The notes: generated by a model from the sequence alone, not told the origin. Shown: positions 1-11,192, counted from the first letter of the stretch. The stretch: DNA of 47,671 nucleotides from Candidatus Promineifilaceae bacterium (GCA_050696115.1 JBOGUG010000213.1:1-47671); one strand, 5' to 3'. A program made the numbers and translations.

Positions 1-29
1 GCCGGCCGCGGCCGGCGCCCACACCCCCC

Positions 30-245
30 ATGCCTGGGCTAGTGGAGCAGATCAACGGCGTCTTGCAGCGCCAGCTGGCCGCAACGCCGGCCCTGGCCGG
101 CCGGGAGGTGCACATGGAGTCGGACCCGGCCGGCGGCCTGCGCATCACGGTGGACGGCCGCTCCTACGCCCGGCCGTCCGAAATTCCAGACGAGCACATT
201 CAGGACGTCATCAAGGCCGCCCTGCACACCTGGGAAAACAGCTAG
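30..245 (+). CDS. hypothetical protein (possibly the C-terminal part of a longer ORF entering from the left edge)
   Basis: 71-aa ORF. The frame stays open back to nt 3 (Pro-rich RPRPAPTPP) and no Shine-Dalgarno precedes ATG 30. It converges on the secA stop with a 1-nt spacer. Confidence 0.4.
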   Translation: MPGLVEQINGVLQRQLAATPALAGREVHMESDPAGGLRITVDGRSYARPSEIPDEHIQDVIKAALHTWENS

Positions 246-246
246 C

Positions 247-3200
247 TCAGCGGCTCTTCACGCGCTGAGGTTGCTTGCCGCCGGCCGCCTTCAGGTCGGC
301 CCGCAGGTGACAGTGCTTGTACTTCTTGCCGCTGCCGCAAGGGCAGGGGTCATTTCGGCCAACCTTCGGCGTATCGCGGCGTAGCTCGCTGCCCTTACCC
401 TTCTCCTTCTGGACGACCTGGTAGCCGGCCTGGCTAAGCTGGGCCTGGTAGGCGGCGGCCGCTTCTTGCTGGCGGACGAAGGCCTGGTGGCTGGCCACGC
501 GCAAGAAGTAATTCTCGGCCACGGCCCGGTTGATGTTGCCCCGCATGTCGGCAAACATTTGGAAGGAGCGCCGCTTGTACTCCACCTTTGGGTCGCGCTG
601 GCCGATGGCCTCCAGCCCGATCTCGCGCCGCAAGTCGTCCATGGCGATGAGGTAGTCGCGCCACTCGCGGTCAATTGCGTCCAGCAACAGGAGGCGCTGG
701 AAGTTCTTGAACTCCTCTTCGCCGATCTGGGCGCGCCAGCGTTCGCGCTGCTTGGCGACATAGTCAATGAGGGCTTCGGCCATCTGGTCGCCCTCCAGCG
801 AGGCCAGGCTCTCGGCCAGCAGATCCCGCAGCGCTTCCTCAACGGCCGCCCTAAATTGGGTCTGGTGCTGCTCGGCGTTTTTGGAAGCGGCCGTCTCCGG
901 GCTGAAATTGGCAAAGGCCTGGCTGATGCGCTCGGCCGCACGCTGCCAACTGGCGCCACGCTCTCCCTCTTCGATGTGTTCGGCCAGAAAGTCGTTGTAG
1001 ACGGCCTCAACCTGGGCCAGAAAGTCGCGGCGCAAGTTGTCGCGGGCCGCCAGCTGGCCCGAACGCCGGCCAGCCAGCGCCGCGCCCAGGTTGGCAACCG
1101 CCGGCAGCAACGGTATGAACCGGCTCACAGCCTGCAAGAACTGGTAGAGGTTGATGCCTTGCTCCAGGTTTTCGTGGGCCAGCGCCATCAGGCGACGCTC
1201 CAGGCGGTCGGCCGGGGCCTCGGCCAAGTCGGCCCGATCCAACCCAATCACGCCGGGCAGGAGGCCGCGCAGCCGAACCAGCACACCCGCCACGTTGATG
1301 GAATCGGTCGCCTCGGTGCTGAAGTCGGTCACGGCTCGGCTGACTTCCGCCTGGACAAACGGGATGTAGTTCTCCAGATAGTTGTGGATCAGGTCGGCGA
1401 CGGCCGCCTCGAAGGCGACGTCCACACGCTCATCCAGGTTTCCTTCCTCGCCGAGCAAAATGGCGCGCCGCTCGCTGTAGATCGTCTGGCGCTGTTTGCT
1501 CATTACGTCGTCGTACTCGACCACATTCTTGCGGATGTCGAAGTTGTAGCCCTCGATGCGTTCCTGCGAGCTTTCGATGATGCGATCGAGCAGCCCGCTC
1601 TCAATCGGCATGTCGTCGGGGATGTTGGTGCGGGCCATAAAGCCCTTGAGGCGCTCGCCGCCGAAACGGCGCATGAGGTCGTCTTCTAATGACAGGAAAA
1701 AACGCGACGAGCCGGGGTCGCCCTGGCGGGCGGCCCGGCCGCGCAGCTGATTGTCAATCCGGCGCGACTCGTGGCGCTCGGAGCCGACCACGTGCAGGCC
1801 GCCCAGCTCCCACACCTGGCGCCGCTCCTGCCCGCTCTGGCGCATGATGGCCAGAACTCGCTCAGGCACGGCCGGCGTCAGCCCGGCTACCGCCTGTGCC
1901 AGCCCCTCAGCCTCCTCTGGCCTGTCGGCCATCAGGGCGCGGATGACGGCGGCGCGGGCCGTGTAGACAGTGTCGAAGACCACCTCTGCCAGGAACTGAG
2001 CCGTCTGGCGCGGGTCGGAGCGTGCGCTCTGGTAGCGGCTGTGCAGGCCCCACTGGCGCACAGCCTCATCCACAAGCGCAACGTCCTTGCCGAGGCCGGC
2101 CACGTAGTCGCGTGCCTCGGCCAGGAAGCCGGCCCGCAACAGGCGCAGCGCCTGCAACAACGCGTTGTAATCAATCGCGTACGGCTCCTGGAGCGCCCGC
2201 GCCAGATAACCGATGACCTGGACTTGCTCAATCTCCGCCCAGGCCTGCTCGTAATCCTGGCGGGCGGCCTGCAGCGCGCCAACCAGGTCTTCGCCCAGCC
2301 GCGGGTGCTTGCGGGCCTGCTCGCGGGCCGCCTCTTCGCCCGCGCTCACGAGCGTATATGCCAGTTGGGCAAGTTCCTGACGGTCGAAGAGCTCCTTCTC
2401 CAGCGCCTCGGCCGCCAGCCCCTCCGGGTTGCCGCCCAACAGGATGTCGGTGCCCCGGCCGGCCATGTTGGTCGAAATGGTGACCGCCCCACTCCGGCCG
2501 GCCTGGGCCACCACCAGCGCCTCCGATTGGTGCAGCTTGGCGTTCAAGACCGCGTGCGGCACCTTGCGCTTCTCGAGCAGGCGGTGGATCTTTTCCGAGT
2601 GCTCGACTGAGGTCGTGCCGACCAGCACCGGCCGGCCACTTTCGCGCACCCGGACGATCTCGTTCACAATGGCCTCGTCCTTGGCCTCGGGCGTGCCGTA
2701 GACTTGGTCGGCGTAGTCAATGCGGCGGGCGAAGACGCGCTGATCGGGCTGTTCCGGCCGGACGTAGTAGACCTCTTCGGCCCCGTCCTGCTTGTGGCGG
2801 CGCTCTTCCAGCCCCATGAGGTCGTTCTGGACGATGTACTCGACGTTGGTCGGCAGCGGCGTTACGTCCAACTTGTAGATGTCGCCGAACTCCTCAGCGT
2901 CGGTCATGGCGGTACCGGTCATTCCGGCCAGCTTGTCGTAGAGGCGAAAGTAGTTCTGCAAGGTAATGGTGGCGACGGTCACGTTCTCGCGCCGCACCTG
3001 AACGCCTTCCTTGGCCTCAATCGCCTCGTGCAGGCCGTCTGAATAGCGCCGGCCGGGCATCAAGCGGCCGGTGAAATCGTCAACAATGACGACCTCCTGG
3101 CCGCCGGCCGGGCTGCCGGCGACGACGTACTCCTTGTCCCGGTGGAACAGATATTGAGCCTTCAGGGCGTTGTCGAGATAGTAGGTCAGGTGGAAGAAGC

Positions 3201-4167
3201 GCGGGTCATACAGGCTATGGCCGGCCTCCACGTCAATTTCCGGGACGCGGCGCTCGATTTCGGCGATGCCCAGCGCGGTCAGGCTGATGGAGCGGCTCTT
3301 TTCATCCAGACCGTAGTGGCCGTTTGGCTCTTCCTCCTCGCCGGCCGTGTTCGGCCGCAGGCCGCGCACGTAGCCGGCAAAACGCAGGTAGTCGCCGCTG
3401 GCCAGGCCGGCCGGGCCGGAGATTATGAGCGGCGTGCGCGCCTCATCAATCAGAATGTTGTCCACCTCGTCAATGATGGCGAAATGCAACTCACGCTGCA
3501 CCAACTGCTCCGGCCGGTTGGCCATATTGTCGCGCAAATAGTCGAAGCCGAACTCGCTGCTGATGCCGTAGGTAATGTCGGCCCGGTAGGCCTCGGCGCG
3601 GGTGCACGGCCGCCAATGCACCAGCCGTTCGTCCTCCAGCTCGGCGCCAGGGTAGACATAGTCGGGGTCGTACAGGGCCGAAAACTGCTGTGGCCCGATG
3701 ACGGCGACCGTCAGGCCCAGCAGATGGAAGATCTTGCCCATCCAGCCGCCGTCGCGCCGGGCCAAATAGTCGTTAACTGTGACCAGGTGGGCACCCCGGC
3801 CGGTGAGCGCGTTCAAGTAAAGCGGCAGGGTGGCGACCAGCGTTTTGCCCTCACCGGTGCGCATCTCGACGACTTCGCCGCGGTGGAGCAGGACGCCGCC
3901 CATTAGCTGCACGTCGTAGTGTCGCAGGCCGGTGGTGCGGCGCGAGGCCTCGCGCACCAGGGCGAAGGCCCGCGGCAAGTTGTCCTCGAGAGATTCGTCG
4001 GCCGCCAGCTTCTCGCGAAGCTCGGCCGTCAGCTGGCGTAACTGCTCCGCTGACAGGGCCTCAAAAGCGGACTCCAGGTCGTTGATCTGGCTGACAATCG
4101 GCCGCAGGCCTTCCAGGTATTTCTGATTCGGATCGCCGACGACCTTACTGACTAGCTTTTTGAACAT
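247..4167 (-). CDS. secA: preprotein translocase ATPase SecA, unusually long (1306 aa)
   Basis: Walker [15 protein letters not shown]; [11 protein letters not shown]; [10 protein letters not shown]; [31 protein letters not shown]; C-terminal zinc motif [13 protein letters not shown] (nt 307..345). Confidence 0.95.
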   Translation of the reverse strand: MFKKLVSKVVGDPNQKYLEGLRPIVSQINDLESAFEALSAEQLRQLTAELREKLAADESLEDNLPRAFALVREASRRTTGLRHYDVQLMGGVLLHRGEVVEMRTGEGKTLVATLPLYLNALTGRGAHLVTVNDYLARRDGGWMGKIFHLLGLTVAVIGPQQFSALYDPDYVYPGAELEDERLVHWRPCTRAEAYRADITYGISSEFGFDYLRDNMANRPEQLVQRELHFAIIDEVDNILIDEARTPLIISGPAGLASGDYLRFAGYVRGLRPNTAGEEEEPNGHYGLDEKSRSISLTALGIAEIERRVPEIDVEAGHSLYDPRFFHLTYYLDNALKAQYLFHRDKEYVVAGSPAGGQEVVIVDDFTGRLMPGRRYSDGLHEAIEAKEGVQVRRENVTVATITLQNYFRLYDKLAGMTGTAMTDAEEFGDIYKLDVTPLPTNVEYIVQNDLMGLEERRHKQDGAEEVYYVRPEQPDQRVFARRIDYADQVYGTPEAKDEAIVNEIVRVRESGRPVLVGTTSVEHSEKIHRLLEKRKVPHAVLNAKLHQSEALVVAQAGRSGAVTISTNMAGRGTDILLGGNPEGLAAEALEKELFDRQELAQLAYTLVSAGEEAAREQARKHPRLGEDLVGALQAARQDYEQAWAEIEQVQVIGYLARALQEPYAIDYNALLQALRLLRAGFLAEARDYVAGLGKDVALVDEAVRQWGLHSRYQSARSDPRQTAQFLAEVVFDTVYTARAAVIRALMADRPEEAEGLAQAVAGLTPAVPERVLAIMRQSGQERRQVWELGGLHVVGSERHESRRIDNQLRGRAARQGDPGSSRFFLSLEDDLMRRFGGERLKGFMARTNIPDDMPIESGLLDRIIESSQERIEGYNFDIRKNVVEYDDVMSKQRQTIYSERRAILLGEEGNLDERVDVAFEAAVADLIHNYLENYIPFVQAEVSRAVTDFSTEATDSINVAGVLVRLRGLLPGVIGLDRADLAEAPADRLERRLMALAHENLEQGINLYQFLQAVSRFIPLLPAVANLGAALAGRRSGQLAARDNLRRDFLAQVEAVYNDFLAEHIEEGERGASWQRAAERISQAFANFSPETAASKNAEQHQTQFRAAVEEALRDLLAESLASLEGDQMAEALIDYVAKQRERWRAQIGEEEFKNFQRLLLLDAIDREWRDYLIAMDDLRREIGLEAIGQRDPKVEYKRRSFQMFADMRGNINRAVAENYFLRVASHQAFVRQQEAAAAYQAQLSQAGYQVVQKEKGKGSELRRDTPKVGRNDPCPCGSGKKYKHCHLRADLKAAGGKQPQRVKSR

Positions 4168-4216
4168 GCTTTCATTCTAGAGGGGAACGGGCCGGCGCTC
4201 AGGGCCGGCTCAGGCG

Positions 4217-5173
4217 TTACTCATTAAACAACTCGCCCACGCTGCGCCCTTCGTGTGAGCGGAGAATAACTTCGCCCAGCAGGGGCGCCACCGACAGCAC
4301 GCGCATATTTTCCAGCACCTTGCCTGGGGGAATGGGCAGGGTGTCAGTGCAGATGATCTCTTTGAGATCGAGTGACTTCAACCGCTCGGCCGCCTGGCCG
4401 GAGAGAACGGCATGGACAAAGGAGAGGTAAATATCAGCCGCCCCGTGTTGCTTGACCAGCTGAACCGCCTCAACGATAGAGCCGGCCGTGTCCACCAGGT
4501 CGTCAACCACGATGACATTCTTGCCGGACACGTCGCCAATGAGGCTCACGGCCTCCCGGCCGTCGGCCTCGCCCAGGCGCCGCTTCTCAACGAAGGCCAG
4601 CGGCAGGCCAAGCTCGGCGGCGTAATTCCGGCCGCGCTTGGCGAAGCCCAGGTCGGGCGTCACCACCACGGTGTTTGTCAGTTCCTTCTCGCGGAAATAA
4701 TCCACTAGAATGTGAAAGGCGGTCAGCGAATCGCCCGGGATCTTGTAAAAACCTTGAATCTGACCAGCATGGAGATCCAGGGTCATCCAGCGGTCCGCGC
4801 CGGCCACCTCGATCATGTCGGCCAGCAGGCGGGCGGTAATTGGCACACGCGGCTGGTCTTTCTTATCGCTCTGCGAATAGGCCAGGAAGGGCGCCACCAG
4901 TGTGATGCGGCCGGCCGAATCCCGCTTGAGGCAATCCATGGCGATCAGCGACTCCATGATGTTGCGGTGCACCGGCCGGGAATGGCTCTGGATCAAGTAA
5001 CAGTCCTGGCCGCGGGCGCTGGAAGTAAGCCGCACCATGATATTCTGGTTGGGAAATTCGATGATCTCCCATGGGGTCAGCGGGATGCCGATGTAGTCCG
5101 CGATCTTGCAGGCCAACTCGGGCGCGCCCGAGCCGGCAAATAACTTAATGCCACCGTAACCAGGACCATCCAT
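4217..5173 (-). CDS. prs: ribose-phosphate pyrophosphokinase
   Basis: 318 aa. It has the HAGQIQGFY motif and a PRPP-binding loop VIVVDDLVDTAGS, and the length is typical. Confidence 0.9.
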   Translation of the reverse strand: MDGPGYGGIKLFAGSGAPELACKIADYIGIPLTPWEIIEFPNQNIMVRLTSSARGQDCYLIQSHSRPVHRNIMESLIAMDCLKRDSAGRITLVAPFLAYSQSDKKDQPRVPITARLLADMIEVAGADRWMTLDLHAGQIQGFYKIPGDSLTAFHILVDYFREKELTNTVVVTPDLGFAKRGRNYAAELGLPLAFVEKRRLGEADGREAVSLIGDVSGKNVIVVDDLVDTAGSIVEAVQLVKQHGAADIYLSFVHAVLSGQAAERLKSLDLKEIICTDTLPIPPGKVLENMRVLSVAPLLGEVILRSHEGRSVGELFNE

Positions 5174-5202
5174 CGCTCTCTACCTCCTCGCCAGAGCCGC
5201 TT

Positions 5203-6180
5203 TCAAGCCTGTAGACGCTCAAACAGGCTATCGGCGGCCGAATAAGGATCTATTTCGCGCTGGGCCACGGCCGCCACCCACTCTTCAATGACATCGGCCG
5301 GGGCGCCGCGGCCGATCTCGGCCAGCAGGCGAGCTTGCAACAGGTGCGTTAGCTCAGCCCGGCTGCGGGCCAGTTCGCGCGCCTGCCAACCTCCGCTCCG
5401 CTTCAGGTGATCGCCGTGGGCTTCCACAGCTTGCGCCAAAGCCTCGACCCCCTGGCCGGCCGTGGCTACCGTCTGCAGGACAGGCACCGTCCAGCCGGCC
5501 GCTGCGCCGTCGGCAGCCGGGCCCTGGCCACGGCCGGCCGCTAGGCCCAGACGCAACATCGCGCGCAAGGCCTTGGCGGCCTGCTCGGCGCCCGGCCGAT
5601 CGGCCTTGTTAACCACCAGGATGTCGGCGATCTCCAGGATGCCGGCCTTGTTGGCCTGGATGTCGTCGCCCATGCCGGGCGCTTCAACGACCAGCGTCGT
5701 GTGGGCGGCCGCGGCAACCTCCACCTCGGCCTGACCTGCCCCGACCGTCTCGACCAAGATGATGCCGAAACCGGCCGCGTCGAGCACCCTGACGGCCTCG
5801 CCGGTGGTCCGCGCCAGCCCACCCAGGTGCCCGCGCGAGGCCATCGAGCGGATGAAGATCCCGGCGTCGCCGGCCAAATCGCGCATGCGTACCCGGTCGC
5901 CCAGCAGGGCGCCGCCGCTGAAGGGGCTGCTGGGATCCACGGCCACGATGCCCACCTTCTGGCCGGCCGCGCGCCAGACGAGCGCAGCCCGGTTGACGAG
6001 GCTGCTCTTGCCGGAGCCGGGCGGCCCGGTCACGCCGACGATGTGAGCCCGGCCGGTGTGCGGGTAGAGGGCCGCCAGCGCCGGCCGGGCGGCCGGATCC
6101 TCGTCTTCAACCTGGCTGATGAGGCGGGCGATGGCGCGCCAGCGGCCGGCAAGCACGCCCTCAACCAGCGCGTTGGTCAC
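5203..6180 (-). CDS. meaB: methylmalonyl-CoA mutase-associated GTPase MeaB/ArgK
   Basis: P-loop [10 protein letters not shown] and NKxD motif VNKAD. The longest ORF reaches 6234, but GTG 6180 shortens the overlap with the upstream gene to 20 nt, so the start is uncertain. Confidence 0.85.
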   Translation of the reverse strand: MTNALVEGVLAGRWRAIARLISQVEDEDPAARPALAALYPHTGRAHIVGVTGPPGSGKSSLVNRAALVWRAAGQKVGIVAVDPSSPFSGGALLGDRVRMRDLAGDAGIFIRSMASRGHLGGLARTTGEAVRVLDAAGFGIILVETVGAGQAEVEVAAAAHTTLVVEAPGMGDDIQANKAGILEIADILVVNKADRPGAEQAAKALRAMLRLGLAAGRGQGPAADGAAAGWTVPVLQTVATAGQGVEALAQAVEAHGDHLKRSGGWQARELARSRAELTHLLQARLLAEIGRGAPADVIEEWVAAVAQREIDPYSAADSLFERLQA

Positions 6181-6571
6181 CGACGGCCTCGCGCACGGCG
6201 CTGATGATGGCGGCCGTGCTGGTCCCCGGCCCAAACACCTCCATGACGCCCATCTGCTTCAGGGCCGGGACGTCGTCGGTGGGGATGATGCCCCCCAGAA
6301 ACAGCGGCACGTCGCCGATCTCGCGCTCGCGCAGAAGCTCCATAATGCGCGGCATCAAGGCCATGTGGGCCCCGGACAGGATGCTGAGGCCGATGATGTC
6401 CACGTCTTCTTGCAGCGCTGCCTCGACGATCATCTCCGGCGTCTGGCGCAGGCCGGTGTAAATGACGTCCATGCCGGCGTCGCGCAGGGCGCGGGCGATG
6501 ACCTTCGCCCCGCGGTCGTGGCCGTCCAGCCCCGGCTTAGCCACCAATACCCGTATCTTCCGTTCCGCCAT
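6161..6571 (-). CDS. methylmalonyl-CoA mutase small subunit (stand-alone B12-binding domain)
   Basis: 136 aa. It carries the cobalamin-binding signature [13 protein letters not shown] (DxHxxG) and GLSILSGAH. This is the archaeal-type split MCM C-terminal domain. Confidence 0.85.
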   Translation of the reverse strand: MAERKIRVLVAKPGLDGHDRGAKVIARALRDAGMDVIYTGLRQTPEMIVEAALQEDVDIIGLSILSGAHMALMPRIMELLREREIGDVPLFLGGIIPTDDVPALKQMGVMEVFGPGTSTAAIISAVREAVGDQRAG

Positions 6572-6695
6572 TCGTCATTCTCCAGCCTTCCTGTTCCAGA
6601 GTGTTTCAGCCCTCCAGGATAGCACAATTTGGGCAAAGGATCGCGGCCGCGCGGCCGGCATCAGGCCCATTCGGACTGCTTGTTAGCAGCCTGGC

Positions 6696-7456
6696 ATGAC
6701 CCGGCTATATTCCAAGGCGATGGGCATGCCGGCCGGCAAGATGCACGGTGATGAGGTGGATACCGACGTCTCGCTTGTTCGCCGGCTGCTGGCGGCGCAG
6801 TTTCCGCATTGGTCAAACCTGCCCATCGAAGCAGTGCGCTCGGCCGGGACGGACAACACGATCTACCGCCTCGGTGACGACATGGCCGTGCGCCTACCTG
6901 TTCATTGGGCAACCGGCCGGGTGGAAAAAGAGCTCCGCTGGTTGCCAGAGCTTGCCCGCAGCTGCCGCTTGCCGCCCCGCTGCCACTGGCAAAGGGCGAG
7001 CCGGCCGAAGGTTATCCCTGGGGCTGGTCCGTCTGCCGCTGGCTCGAAGGCGAGAACGCCACCGTCGAGACTATTGCCGATCCAGTCAAGGAAGTGGCCC
7101 TGCAGGCGCCCGCCTAGTGGGGCCGGCCAGTCTGGATCCACGGCGACCTGCAATCCGGGAACCTGTTGGCCAGGCACAGCCGGATCAGCGCGGTCATTGA
7201 CTTCGGCTGTCTTGGAGTGGGCGATCCCGCCTGCGACTTGCAAGTCGCCTGGAACCTCTTCTCCGGCCAGGCCCAGGACGCATTCCGCGAGACGCTAGCA
7301 GTGGATGAGGCAACCTGGGCGCGAGGCCGCGGCTGGGCGCTGTCTGTCGGCCTGATCGCCCTGGCCCATTCCCAGAACACGAATCCCGTGCTTGCCGGCA
7401 TTGCCCGCCGCGCAATTGAGGAGGTCCTCGCCGATTACGATCAGGTAAGTAGATAG
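6696..7456 (+). pseudogene. aminoglycoside/hydroxyurea-type phosphotransferase (APH family) pseudogene
   Basis: The N-terminus is in frame 0 (VSLVRRLLAAQFPHWSNLP...NTIYRLGDDMAVRLP...EKELRWLPELA). It continues in another frame from about nt 6956 (PQLPLAAPLPLAKGEPAEGYPWGWSVCRWLEGENA). An in-frame TAG lies at 7115..7117, followed by VWIHGDLQSGNLL...AVIDFGCLGVGDPACDL. About 60 aa expected between these blocks are missing. Confidence 0.7.
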
Positions 7457-7523
7457 CCCACGGGCCAGCGGCCCGCGCGCAGGCAAGCATTTCCGCGCTA
7501 CAAGAGGAGTGTCTGCCGACCGG

Positions 7524-10500
7524 TCAGACCAGCTCGGCGCGCTGGAAGGCCGGCAGGCGCTCCAGCTCGGACAACAATTCTGGGCAGTAGTCCAAGCTGT
7601 GATTGGGGAAGTCCATGATCAGCGCCTGGCCGCCGACGCGGATCTGCAGGCGGTGCCGGCCAGGGTAAGCGTCTGACAGGCCGACCAGGCGCCGGCAGGT
7701 TTCGCGCCACTCCGGCGTGGCCCTGATCTCAACGGCCAGCAGCCGGCCGGCCGTCGGGTCGCTGGCGGGGCGGGCGGACTCGTGGGCCGGCTCAGCCGGT
7801 CGGCCCGCTTCGCCGTTGGCGTTCACCACAGCCGTTGGCGTGTTGGCCAGGGGCGGTTCGGCCGCCGCGGGCAGGTGCTCGGGCCAGAACTCGTCTTCGG
7901 CCGGCTTTGCCAGGAGCAGGTCGCTTTCGACCGAATCTACAAACAGCTTGGCGCGCTCGCCCTGGTCCACCTGCACCTTGCCGCGCATCAAGTAAACGTG
8001 GTCGGCCCGCAACTGGGCGCTGACCTGCTTCCAGGTGCGCGGGAAGAAGACCACCTCCAGCGAGCCGTGCATGTCCTCCAGCGTACCGAAGGCCATCGCC
8101 TCGCCGGCCCGCGTCTGGTGGGTTCGCAGGTGAGTCAGCAGGCCAACCAGAGTTGCCCCGCGGCCGTTCCATGCCGGGTCTAGCGCCGCGCTGGTAGCGC
8201 TGACCACCCCTTCCAGCATGTCGAGATGGCGCTGAAGGGGATGCTCGGAAATATAGACCCCGATCAGCTCGCGCTCCCAGTTCAGCAGTTCACGCCGCTG
8301 AAAGTGGGGCACGTCGGCGTCCGACCGCAGCAGATCGGCCGGCAGCAGGGCGGCCGGGGCGGCCGGGCCGCCAAACAGGCTCAGTTGGCCGGCGGCGGCC
8401 GCGTCCTGGGTTTTGCCGCTGTGGGCAACAATGCGCTCAAGGGCGTCGAGCAGCTGCGCCCGGCTGCCCCAGTCGTCAAAAACGCCCACCTTTATCATCG
8501 AATCCAGGGCACGCTTGCCGATGCGGCGCAGATCACATCGCTCACACAAGTCGGCCAGGTCGCGGAAGGGGCCATTGGCGGCCCGTTCGTCCAGAAGGAG
8601 CTGCATGGCGCCAACGCCGGCGTTCTTGATGGCGCCCAGGCCGAAGCGAATGACCGGCCGGCCGGCCGCGCCTTCGATCTTGAAATCAAGCTCGGCTGCG
8701 TTGATGTCCGGCGGCGCAATTTCAATGCCCTTGCGGCGCGCCTCGGCCAGGAAATGAGACACCTTGTCCGTGTTGTTTCGCTCAACGCTCAGCAGGGCAG
8801 CCATGTACTCGACTGGGTAGTGCGCCTTGAGGAAGGCCGTCTGGCAGGTGATGACTGCGTAGTCGGCCGCGTGGGCTTTGTTAAAGCCGTAGCGGGCGAA
8901 GAACTCGATGTCACCCCAGATGGCCTCGGACACGGCCGGCGCGTAACCCTTCGCCGCCGCGCCCTGAATGAATTGATGGCGATGCCGATCCATCAGGTCG
9001 CGCTTCTTTTTGGCCACCGCCTTGCGGATCATGTCGGCCTCGCCGGGCTCGTAGCCGGCAAATTCGGCCGCGATGCGAATGATCTGCTCCTGATAAACCA
9101 GGATGCCATATGTGTCGCTGAGGATCGCCTCTAAATCGGGGTGATGGTAATGCACCGGCCGCTCGGCGTGCATCCGGCCGATGTACTCGGGGATGTTTTC
9201 CATTGGCCCTGGCCGGTACAGCGAGATGGCGGCGATGATATGGTCGAAGCGCTTCGGCCGCATGTCCATCATCAGGCGGCGCATCCCGCTGCCTTCCACC
9301 TGGAAGACTCCGGCCACCTCGCCTCGGCCGAGCATCTCAAACAGGGCGGCCGGGTCCTTGGCGGGGTCTGGGCCAACCTGGCCGACATCGTAAGGAATGT
9401 TCTCCATGGTGTAGCGCACACCGTGCCGCTTCGCGATTAACTCGGCCGCCCGGCGCATGGCCGACAGGGTGCTCAGGCCCAAGAAGTCCACCTTCAACAG
9501 GCCGATGGAGTCGAGCACCTCCATTGGCCATTGGGTCACCACGCCGACGCCGTCCTCGCCGGCCGCGCCGCTTGTTGGCCGGTGCAGCGGGGTGTACTCG
9601 ACCAGCGGCCGGTCGGAAATGATGACTCCGGCCGCGTGGGTCGAGGCGTGGCGGGCGACGCCCTCCAGGTCGCGGGCGGCGTCAATCCACTCCTGGACCT
9701 GCTCATCCTCCTGGTAGCGCTTGCCCAACTCGGCCGAGTAGCCCTCATGGTCGGGGTTGAGCGCGTCGGCAATGGTCAGCGGCTTGCCGGGAATGGCCTG
9801 AATCAGCTTGGCGACGGCGCTGACCTCGGCCAGCGGCACGTCCAGCACGCGGCCGACGTCCCGGATGGCGGCCCGCGCGCCCAGGGTACCGAAGGTTATG
9901 ACTTGGGCAACCTTGTCCTGGCCATACTTCTTGATGGTGTACTCGATCATCTCCTGGCGGCGGTCGTCGGGATAGTCGAGATCAATGTCGGGCATCGAAC
10001 GCCGGCCGGGGTTCAGAAAACGCTCGAAAATGAGGCCGTTGGCCAGGGGGTCTATGCCTGTGATGCCCAGGGTGTAGGCCACCAGCGAGCCGGCGCCAGA
10101 ACCGCGCACGTTCCACCAGATGTCGTGTTGGCGAGCGAACTCACACAAGTCCCAGACGATCAGGAAATAGGCGTCGAAGCCCATCTGGTGAATGATGCTC
10201 AACTCGCGCTCCAGCCGCTGGGCCAGCTTGTCGTCCGTGGTAGCCCTTTCCTGGCCGTAGCGCCGGATCAGCCCCTGGCGGCACAGGTGGGCCAGGTAGG
10301 ATTGGATGCTGAAGCCGGCCGGGACGTCGAAGTGCGGCAAATGGAAGCCGGCCGGGATCGGGTTGACGTCGCACATCTCGGCAATGCGCAGGCTGTTTTC
10401 CAGGGCGCCCGGCGCCTCACCGAACAGGGCTTGCATCTCCTCGTATGACTTGAGGTAGTAGCTCTTGTCCGACATGCGCATCCGCTGAGTGGTCCGCAGC

Positions 10501-11192
10501 AGCTTGCTAGTTTGGATGCAGAGCAAAACGTCATGGGGGCCGGCTTCCTGGGCGGTGGTGTAGTGCACGTCGTTCGTCGCGACGCTGCCGATCCCAAACC
10601 GAGCCCCCAGCTCCAGCAGATGGCGGTTGACTTGGGTCAGCTCTGGGATCGAGTGCTCCTGCAGCTCGACGAAGAAGCGCTCGCGGCCGAACACATCAAC
10701 GTACCAGGCCATGAGTTCGTCAGCCCGCTTCAGGTTGCCGGCCGCCAGGGCGCGCGGCACCTCGGCCGCCATGCAGCCGGTGGTGGCGATCAGCCCCTGA
10801 CTGTGTTGGGCCAGAAAGTCGCGGTCGGTTCGCGGCCGGTAGTAGAAGCCTTCAAGCTGGGCCACGCTGACGATCTGGAGCAGGTTCTGGTAGCCGGTCT
10901 GGTCGGCCGCCAGCAGCAGCAGGTGGTAACGCTCGCGATCCTTGTCCGGCTCCTTTTCGCGCAGCCCGCGGGCAGCCAGATAGGTCTCCACGCCCATAAT
11001 CGGCTTGACCCCAGCCCGGCGGCACTTGCGATAGAACTCAATCGCGCCGTACATCGTGCCGTGGTCGGTCAGCGCCAGGGCGGGCATATTCAGTTGTCTG
11101 GCCCGCTCGGCCAGGTGATCGAGCCGGCTCAGGCCGTCAAGCAGGGAGTATTCGCTGTGGACGTGGAGATGAACGAACGGCGGACTGGACAT
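7524..11192 (-). CDS. dnaE: DNA polymerase III alpha subunit
   Basis: The PHP domain start FVHLHVHSEYSLLDG follows Met at nt 11192. Polymerase core motifs are present (PDIDLDY, GLLKVDFLGL, FNKAHAADYA). The ORF-track start at 11384 adds 64 Arg/Gly-rich residues and is judged spurious. Confidence 0.95.
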   Translation of the reverse strand: MSSPPFVHLHVHSEYSLLDGLSRLDHLAERARQLNMPALALTDHGTMYGAIEFYRKCRRAGVKPIMGVETYLAARGLREKEPDKDRERYHLLLLAADQTGYQNLLQIVSVAQLEGFYYRPRTDRDFLAQHSQGLIATTGCMAAEVPRALAAGNLKRADELMAWYVDVFGRERFFVELQEHSIPELTQVNRHLLELGARFGIGSVATNDVHYTTAQEAGPHDVLLCIQTSKLLRTTQRMRMSDKSYYLKSYEEMQALFGEAPGALENSLRIAEMCDVNPIPAGFHLPHFDVPAGFSIQSYLAHLCRQGLIRRYGQERATTDDKLAQRLERELSIIHQMGFDAYFLIVWDLCEFARQHDIWWNVRGSGAGSLVAYTLGITGIDPLANGLIFERFLNPGRRSMPDIDLDYPDDRRQEMIEYTIKKYGQDKVAQVITFGTLGARAAIRDVGRVLDVPLAEVSAVAKLIQAIPGKPLTIADALNPDHEGYSAELGKRYQEDEQVQEWIDAARDLEGVARHASTHAAGVIISDRPLVEYTPLHRPTSGAAGEDGVGVVTQWPMEVLDSIGLLKVDFLGLSTLSAMRRAAELIAKRHGVRYTMENIPYDVGQVGPDPAKDPAALFEMLGRGEVAGVFQVEGSGMRRLMMDMRPKRFDHIIAAISLYRPGPMENIPEYIGRMHAERPVHYHHPDLEAILSDTYGILVYQEQIIRIAAEFAGYEPGEADMIRKAVAKKKRDLMDRHRHQFIQGAAAKGYAPAVSEAIWGDIEFFARYGFNKAHAADYAVITCQTAFLKAHYPVEYMAALLSVERNNTDKVSHFLAEARRKGIEIAPPDINAAELDFKIEGAAGRPVIRFGLGAIKNAGVGAMQLLLDERAANGPFRDLADLCERCDLRRIGKRALDSMIKVGVFDDWGSRAQLLDALERIVAHSGKTQDAAAAGQLSLFGGPAAPAALLPADLLRSDADVPHFQRRELLNWERELIGVYISEHPLQRHLDMLEGVVSATSAALDPAWNGRGATLVGLLTHLRTHQTRAGEAMAFGTLEDMHGSLEVVFFPRTWKQVSAQLRADHVYLMRGKVQVDQGERAKLFVDSVESDLLLAKPAEDEFWPEHLPAAAEPPLANTPTAVVNANGEAGRPAEPAHESARPASDPTAGRLLAVEIRATPEWRETCRRLVGLSDAYPGRHRLQIRVGGQALIMDFPNHSLDYCPELLSELERLPAFQRAELV

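Noticed and set aside
1804-2424. Intein or inserted mobile domain in SecA
   Set aside because: The insert has no Cys/Ser/Thr at the N-terminal junction plus His-Asn at the C-terminal junction, and no endonuclease motifs. It is helical, Ala/Glu/Arg-rich and lies at the known variable (VAR) position of NBD2. It is better explained as a lineage-specific expansion.
6572-6695. Cobalamin riboswitch upstream of the B12-binding mutase subunit
   Set aside because: The spacer is 124 nt and shared with a divergent (pseudo)gene. That is too short for a B12 element, and I see no B12-box-like sequence.
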